Shown here piece by piece: positions 9,250 to 15,960 of a DNA stretch of 15,960 nucleotides (positions within the stretch are counted from its first letter, which is position 1; each line of letters starts with the position of its first letter). Below the pieces are notes generated by a model that saw only the letters and a list, made by a program, of their open reading frames with translations, did not search any database and was not told where the DNA came from. The position numbers were made by a program, and so were the translations under genes. This DNA comes from Paraspadella gotoi (lineage: Eukaryota > Animalia > Chaetognatha), in assembly GCA_051294375.1 (NCBI GenBank), contig JBJCIZ010000075.1, positions 1-15,960 on the forward strand, read 5' to 3'.

Positions 9250-11094
9250 CTAATTAAATATATTCTTTATGATACAGCAACCGAATTTATTGATTAAGAA
9301 AGTTTCTTGTGCTTTTTTGGTCAATGGGCGTAAGCGGAAGTTTCACATTAACCTTAACCCTTGCCCAGAAATCTTCTCTGCATTCTCCACAAATTTTATT
9401 GGAGCGATTCCTCAATTTATATTATTAACGGAGAAAAATATTTTTTTTATTCTTCTTTCAGATCTGATTCGAAAAAAGTCTTTTTTCCAAAAACGCCCTT
9501 TTTGAGCAATAGATGGATGGATGGACTATTCCATAAAGCATTTGTTTGGTCTCCGAGTTTCGTTGTGTCAGAAATTCTCCTTAACCTCGGGGCAGCTTTA
9601 ATCCGCATCTAATAGTAGGAATTCCATACCTTCGCCATTCCTTTATCGTTTTTTTCAGATCCTCAGCAAATTACCGATTTTATTTTCATTGGCAAGAATG
9701 TTTTTAGTTGCGATAGCCATTATCAAATACTTTTTTGGTATATTTGGTATTTTTCCAATCCTGTCGCTGGCTTTCCGCTGGAAAGATAATCCTTCCAGTT
9801 AAGAAATAGTTGACCAAATGCTAGAAGCTTATTTTAACCATTTGTATCTCCGCGCACTTTTTGTTTTTTTTAACTTATAAACTCCGTTTTAAGTTTTAGC
9901 AATTCTTCTTCTAGTTGTAAAATCCCAGCATCTGGCTGCGAAACTTCCGACTAATTTCGGCACTTTTTCAATGAAGCCATTTCTTATTCCTATCGTAATC
10001 GTTGAATGCTTGCCACACGCGTTCGATATTGTTGATAATTAATTCTTCTTCATCTGGTGCTGCAAGCATCGCAACTGAAGGGCCTCGTGCTCGATCTTTA
10101 CCATCTCATAGTTTTTGATTTTTGTCTGGTTAGTTGAACGCGGCATGAATAACATCACCTCTCCATAGGGATCGTGGGCCTTGGAAAAAAAAAAAATGAG
10201 TATGCCGAATGTGTGATCCTTAGGCAAAATGTTGCGATCGTAAGTTTTAGCGGATCATGGACGCGACGATATCTGATGTTGACTTCCTCTCCTGTAATCA
10301 TTCCATCGTGCCGTTTGCTAACCGAGCGGAGACCGGCTCTCACGAGCTGCGGTTTCCCGTCAGCCAGATCATGCTTCGGTTTGATGTTGCGGTGTCCGGC
10401 GTGTGTCCATGAGGAGTCCGGTTTTCCCCGAATTTCCTGGAATCGAAGTTGACGTGTACACTCGTGCTTCTGCTCTCTCCACGAAATAAACGTTGTGACT
10501 CTTAGCATAATAAGTCTGGGCGCTGAACATGATTGGCGTCCTATCTCCGTCGAATCTAGTTCCGGGATTGAACGGAGCGCTTTGCGCCGATATCCTTAAG
10601 ACTTTTAACTCCGAAAGTTGTAGATAAAAGGTTTAACTCCTTCGGGAAGACCCGGTCCCCTGGTCGTGGGAGGAAAACCCAGAAGGTGCTCTCCTTACTG
10701 ATCATAAAACAGATTCGTACCTTGCCTTTGGTGGTTGGAAAATTTTGAAAGCGGCGCCGGATTGGACGAACGGCTCCAGCTGCTTGAGAACGATTTCGTG
10801 GAAACTCCGGACGCAATGCTTCAAAGGTGCGCGTTCGTCATAGTCCGTCTGGCGACGCCTATAAAAGACCCGTCCTTTTCCGAATGGAGCAGGTCGCAGC
10901 AACGTCACGCGGAACTTTTTAACTGCAGCAGGTGACGGTCGGCCTCGAAACGTGGTTGTCGGGCTGGAATGCAGGGATCGAAACCCTTTCAAACCAGGAT
11001 TGATAAGAATGCCCGGCCGCGCGTTCATCGGCGGTTGCGATCTCTGAGTAAGCCCTTTCGTAAATTTCGGCTGAATTTCTGTTGCCGTTGACAT
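9250..11094 (-). CDS. EFHB: EF-hand domain-containing family member B (CFAP21), apparently intronless, many frameshifts
   Basis: Collinear motifs across three frames: RAAG; RP..PAAVKKFR; GRVFY; ESVL.SVRRAPSG..SHDQ.PGLPEG; TTFG; YAKSHNVYF; RTPH; VSKRHD; RVHDPL; LPKDHTFG; DPYG; HQMKK.NYQ; AFNDYDRNKNGFI (EF-hand); FLNWKD; YGIPTIR; APRLRRISDTT.LGDQ; HPSIY; KGVF.KDFFRIRS. These match recalled human EFHB (RRAPLGKSHDQAPGLPKG, FLNWKD, GVPTIRSD, PRIRRISDRTNYG, KGVFERDFFKTRS). AAAAATG start at 11094; the stop position is approximate. Confidence 0.92.
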
Positions 11095-11202
11095 TTTTAA
11101 GATGAATATTCAAGAAAAAACGTCTCTAGTTCTGAAAATTTTTGTAAAAACGTTTTATGACTTTTTTAGTTCTCTAGTTTTGTCTGGTTGGACTTAGAAC
11201 TA

Positions 11203-11239
11203 GTAACTCTGGTTACGTTTTCTATCGTTGCCAAGCGAT
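11203..11239 (-). promoter_or_regulatory. RFX-binding X-box motifs upstream of EFHB
   Basis: Minus strand ATCGCT-T-GGCAAC (11227-11239) fits RYYNYY-N1-3-RRNRAC. A second near-palindrome, GTAACC-AG-AGTTAC (11203-11216), is one mismatch from GTNRCC-N-RGYAAC. Both lie 110-145 nt upstream of a ciliary gene ATG. Confidence 0.65.
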
Positions 11240-11812
11240 GCAATGAAAATCAGCTGATAAATAAGGTTATTGACGCACTGCGAACTAGCTCGTGAAAAAG
11301 TTTTTTCTCCATTAATCCCAATTTGATTCTTGAAGACGAACTGTCTTAAGCACATGTGATACGTATTACGTATGGTAAATTGAGTTGTTCGTAGGATAGA
11401 GCAAGAGTACTGTCACTGACATGTGTCAGACCTGATTTATCTTTTCAAAAAACAAAAGATAGATTCTGAGTTTTCATTTCATACATTTTTACCTCATCTC
11501 TGAAGTTGTGTTATTCTGTTAGTCTATAGTTACATATAAATATATTATTAATGCAAAGCATGAATTTAACGCAAACCAAAAAAGTTTTTCTTAAAAAATT
11601 CTCGGTAGCCTAGATTTAATCATGCATACTGCATTAGAATATGTAATTGAGGCTGCGTCAAAAATAGCAATCAATTATATACTCAAGAAATACTGCCATA
11701 TACAGTTATTGATTGTAATCTTGAATCGTTACTATGTAGTATGTAAGGTAATTACTTTCAACATCCCATCTTTGGTTAGATTAATACGTTCGAAAACGTG
11801 AAGGCAACTAAA

Positions 11813-13219
11813 ATGACGTCACCACAAGAACAAAAATATCTAAAGGTTGCAAAAAATGTTCAACAAGAAGCGTCGGCAATACCAATACTGTTGTGACTCG
11901 AAAACCAGAAATTTGGAGAAAAAATTCGAGCATGTTTTTAGGGAGAGAGAAATACGTATATTTATACAAATTGGTACATACCAATATAAAAATTATCAAT
12001 TCATTTAATAATAAGGCTATCTGCCCTGACTTTGGACAGTAAAGGCCTAGTGAAAAGCTTGCCAGATCAAAATAAGTAAAACAACATTTTAAAATTTTAA
12101 GCATTTCTATGTGAGTAACTATGTATAAATATGGGCGCAATGCGAAAATTAAAAAAAAATTTTTTTTATTTAAAAATGTTCACGAGGTACAAGCCTGTTC
12201 ATAGATAATATTATTCGATATTTGATTACACTACTTGGATTTTTAATATTTTTGCTATCGCTTTATTGGCAGAGCTTTAGTGGTTTTAAGGCTCCATCAT
12301 TCTAACAAAGATAATGACATAGCACACGTTCCTGCAAAGCCTATCTCAATCAAGATTCACCTCAGTCTATGTTTATTCACACCCAAAGTACTTGATATCA
12401 TCTATCAACGGATGTGTATATTACCCGAAAAACAGAGAAAAAAACAAAAAACAGTAAATATCACAATGAAGAGAGCAGATAATTATTGTTAAGTGTTAAT
12501 GACAGAACCGTTCAATTAAAGCAGTCCCTGAAGCTCGGATCAGGCTGTAACAGGACCAATGTTACAGGCGGGTTAAGGCCCGTCCTCTTAAATGCCAGGC
12601 GACCACCGGGCTAGAACCCGGGAACCTTTGGTTGGGAAGGCGAATGACTTTTCCCTCCGGCACCAATGGCCGCTGATGAAACGGTTTGGTGGACTTCGTC
12701 GCACCATCAACAACAACAAAAACCACGAAATTACATTAACCCGCTGAAAGGTCAGCCATAACAAGTTCATTCATGGTCGAATATAACCGGATCATTCTTT
12801 CTTCGTCATGTCGATCGTCGTCACAATCAAAAAATACATTCAAACTTAAAATATAACTTTCGAAATAGAATTTTCTTTTTGATGACTTAGTAATGTCTTG
12901 ATTGTTTGAATGCTTTGTTAAAAGAACTTTTTGGGCGAAAAACCTTCCGAATTCTTGCAGATGCACGCAGTCTATTCGCCTATCCTTGTTCTCCCCAACT
13001 TCGGGGGAATCGGCGAAGAGACTCTCCATTCGGGAGTCCCGCCCGGCGGTTTCTTCCTTTCGGGGATCAAAAACGTCGCCTTCAACATCTATCACGTGAG
13101 TGGACCTTTCATCAGAGATATGCAGCTCAACCGCAAGGGCCTCACATAACAATCGTCGCAAGGCGACCGAGGTTCCGTTCGAAAGCCGCAGATCAACCTA
13201 GAATCCATGAAAAACCCTG
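11813..13219 (+). CDS. JmjC-domain protein, KDM2/KDM7 (JHDM1)-like (exons ~11813-11973, 12016-12110, 12291-~12815, 12961-13219), frameshifted
   Basis: AAAATG start and GT-AG boundaries. GYLP.LWTVKGLV ~ G..MP...FTV.DV; LFPP...WWTS; PDHSFFV; MHAVYSP..L..FGG...LHS ~ KDM2 WIHAVYTPxDSLVFGGNFLHS. The HxD iron ligands cannot be read through the noise. Confidence 0.6.
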
Positions 13220-14043
13220 GTAAGTTCTAGTTATTTCGAGTTTTTTGTTGACAACTCACTTTTTCGGTTGGTAGGGTAGGCTCTGTCCGTTAATTTTTTT
13301 TTTATATGTTCATATGATTAATATTTGAAAATTTGCAAAATTACTAATATTAACTAATTTTCGATAACCATTTGGTAAAAAGGTAAATACTGGAAATCCT
13401 CAAGTTTGTAATAGTTTTATAACAATATGCAGACATTGAAATGAGCTATAACTTGGTAACAAACCAGGTAATGATATATGGAAAGAAAATAACCCGACAG
13501 GCTCGGTCCAGTCGGCGAAAGTCAATAGTTCCTCATAATTTATTTAAATATTTAGTTAATATAATTAATATTGTTGCCGAAGGTGTTATTAAATGCTGTT
13601 TGACGGCATAGTTAAATATTTGTAAATATTATATAATTTATATTATATTGTAATAATTATATATATGTTTTATACATTAAATGAATATAGTGACGTATTT
13701 ATCGGGAAAGGCTTGTCAATGCCCGGTAACACACTGAAATTGCGGTTTTGTGTTTTTCTTTCTTAATTATGCGATCCAACACGAATGTTACGAGCTAATT
13801 GTTGGGCGAGACAATCGCCGGAATTCTTAAAAAATTTCGGTATTTAAGGTAATTATCACAACACGAGCCCAACTCTAAAATCCAAAGTCAAGCAAAGTCC
13901 TATCTATTTCCTCGTTTTCCTATTCGAATATCTGAATTAACCCGGCAATTGTGTTCCAAATAACAATATTGTGATTTTTCTTTCTAAGGATTGGTTTTTA
14001 AATGATTCCTGCTAAAAATTTTGACGTTTGATGGTCCGATTAG

Positions 14044-14429
14044 CGAACAACGTCTCCCAAGAAAGAGTCTAACGTTTCTCGCGAGCTGGCTTGGCCTCCC
14101 TCAGTCAGGGTCAAACCTTCACAAGCGGGGAATTTATCCAATAGGTATATATTTCTAATTTTGTCGCATCTAACTGTGATGCATTTTACCAGTTTTTTAC
14201 TTCTTTTTTTTGGTTCCGATTCCATCTGCGATGGTATATGTAACTGTTGTCTGAATTTGTAAGTTTTAAATTTAATTACTTCCAGCGGTGGTCGTTCAAA
14301 ACGCCCAATCTCTTTTCGAGCAATCGCTGACAAACATTAACCGTCCGCGTGCCCGCTCCCCTATGATGCTTTCAACATTCGGTCAGTCGCCGGAATCTAC
14401 TCCGCCATCTTGCTTCTATATGGGGATGG
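14044..14429 (+). CDS. Two downstream exons (14044-14144, 14286-14429), probably of the JmjC gene
   Basis: AG/GT-bounded and phase-compatible with 13219 and with each other: HEKPC|EQRLPRKSLTFLASWLGLPQSGSNLHKRGIYPI|AVVVQNAQSLFEQSLTNINRPRARSPMMLSTFGQSPESTPPSCFYMGM. Confidence 0.55.
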
Positions 14430-14920
14430 GTGAGCCTTAAATTATTTTGTTTTTTTAAAATTAAATGAAAGGAGAAATGCCTCACTGGTGGATTTTGCCT
14501 TAAAGAAATTTTAAATAAAATTGAGCGTAATAAATTTTAACTTTCAGGTTAAATAGAATTACTAAGAAAAAAAAATTAAATTGAGAGCCGAACCGAAATT
14601 TTATAAGTCATATTGCAGTAAACAGCCAGAAGTTAGAAACAGTTCGTATATTAGTGAGTAAGCATTTTTAAGATTATCAACAATTACGAACACATTAAAA
14701 ACATCGCTCCTGAAAGTACATTTTTAAAAACAACCTTTAAAAAAAAAACGCAGGAAACAAATGCAGAAGAAAAACTTGAAATCTCTCTAAAGAGAGGCGG
14801 AGAAAAATGTTTTCCTTCTGTGATCCCCTTGTTATGAAAATTTAAATCCGGTTCGTTATTTGCTGCATTTCAGAAGAAATTTTCAGTTTTCACTATTTAC
14901 TTCCCCGGCCTCCAACCCAC

Positions 14921-15180
14921 TCGCCCTTTATTGTCCCATAAAGATAAACGATGCCAATACTCGCACTGGCACTGGCTTGCTGGCCCCTTCTCTCTTTTTT
15001 CCCTCATTGCTTCTTCTTCTTTTTAATATTTTTCTTTCTATTCTCTCTAATTTTCCCCCTCCTATTTTTCTTTTATTTCTCTTCCTTTCTTCTCCCTTTT
15101 TCTTTTTTCTTCCTTTCTTCTCCTCTGTTATATCGTATTTCTTTTTCGCCTTTATACTATGTTTTCTTTTCTTCCATCCT
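14921..15180 (+). repeat. Second copy of the pyrimidine-rich dispersed repeat / low-complexity tract
   Basis: Same ordered motifs as 6950-7033 followed by a T/C tract. The Phe/Leu/Ser-rich ORFs here are compositional artefacts. Confidence 0.5.
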
Positions 15181-15467
15181 TTGTGTGCTGGATCGAGGAT
15201 TAAACGTTTTTAATGTGAAGAATAGAGAACACAAAGATGTTTTCCGCAACTTAAGGCAATCGGATAGGCAAAGATACTGCAATAATTATCTTGATGTAGC
15301 AACATGGTGAAGCTCATATTTTCGTAAGTAACCCGTTATGCTTTGGCTTGGCTGCTGGTTTAATCGCATTAGCCCAAGGTAATCACCTATTTGTTAAAAA
15401 TATTTTTTATGGTAAGATATAACGTATAATAAAATAATTTAAATTATACTGAAAACACGAAATTCAG

Positions 15468-15829
15468 TTTGCCGGCGACGCATTTTGGAAAGGCCGTTTT
15501 AACGCTGATACCATCGTCCGGAATGGCAAGCGGAGGTGACCAGCTGGCCAACTTGAACTTTCGAATAGGCCGGCTATTGGGTTCCCGGACGGTGAGGGTA
15601 CCTCGAAGAGAGAGGCGAAATCGCTCCAGACTGCTACCGATTGTCTGTCTGCATCAAACGAGCAGGTGACGTTTCTAATTCTTTAATTTTTTAGGCCGAG
15701 TAGCGACCCCCTGACTTTCCTTTCACTCCAGACTTTACAAGTTTACACATCGACCGGACTTTCAGCGTCATTTCCGTCACGGTTTCCAAACCGCCACGGG
15801 GAAATGCACTCGAAACGATATAAACGTGG
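15468..15829 (+). CDS. Two further exons (15468-15665, 15695-15829), possible ELM2-like segment
   Basis: TTCAG acceptor, 29-nt GT..CTAAT..TAG intron, GTGAGT donor at 15830. Stitched TIV.PEWQAEVTSWP...GYWVPG...NALETI resembles ELM2 IxVGxxYQAxI...WxP...ALxxL. Confidence 0.45.
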
Positions 15830-15960
15830 GTGAGTTCACCCCATCAGGTCCGTTTTCCGGATGGCAAAACATTTTTATTTATTTTTCTTCTTTTCCGAAT
15901 AAAAACATATCCAAAGTTGGATTACGAGGCCGGGTAAGTTCTTTCAAAATAATTGGCCAT

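Noticed and set aside
10039-11113. Several separate small ORFs resembling a viral or paralogous gene cluster
   Set aside because: All are fragments or antisense shadows of a single EFHB gene.
12588-13161. Minus-strand ORFs with an FkbM-like LVPEGKVI segment
   Set aside because: Splice signals and the HAVYSP..FGG..LHS motif support the plus-strand JmjC gene instead.
13493-13525. Stem CCGAC/GTCGG followed by CGAAAGTC, hammerhead-like
   Set aside because: There is no CTGANGA box upstream and no stem III.

Overview
AT-rich, gene-dense eukaryotic DNA, most likely from an animal with motile cilia or flagella. Every gene is broken by many 1-nt indels, so the supplied ORF track is mostly misleading; this looks like an unpolished long-read consensus. 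Stitching frames by eye and comparing with recalled human proteins gives four loci: (1) an unidentified spliced minus-strand gene (<1-2564); (2) a plus-strand CDADC1-like cytidine/dCMP-deaminase locus (2773-~9190) that seems to carry up to seven deaminase-fold modules instead of two, most without recognisable catalytic residues; (3) an apparently intronless EFHB/CFAP21 ciliary gene (minus strand, ~9250-11094) with an RFX X-box upstream; (4) a head-to-head plus-strand JmjC (KDM2/KDM7-like) gene from 11813, possibly followed by an ELM2-like exon. Introns contain Penelope-like fold-back insertions with minimal hammerhead ribozymes (4660-4850, 5491-6580), a third short fold-back with the same tail (574-634), a telomere-like G4 tract and a dispersed pyrimidine-rich repeat. 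All protein calls are by-eye alignments, not database results.
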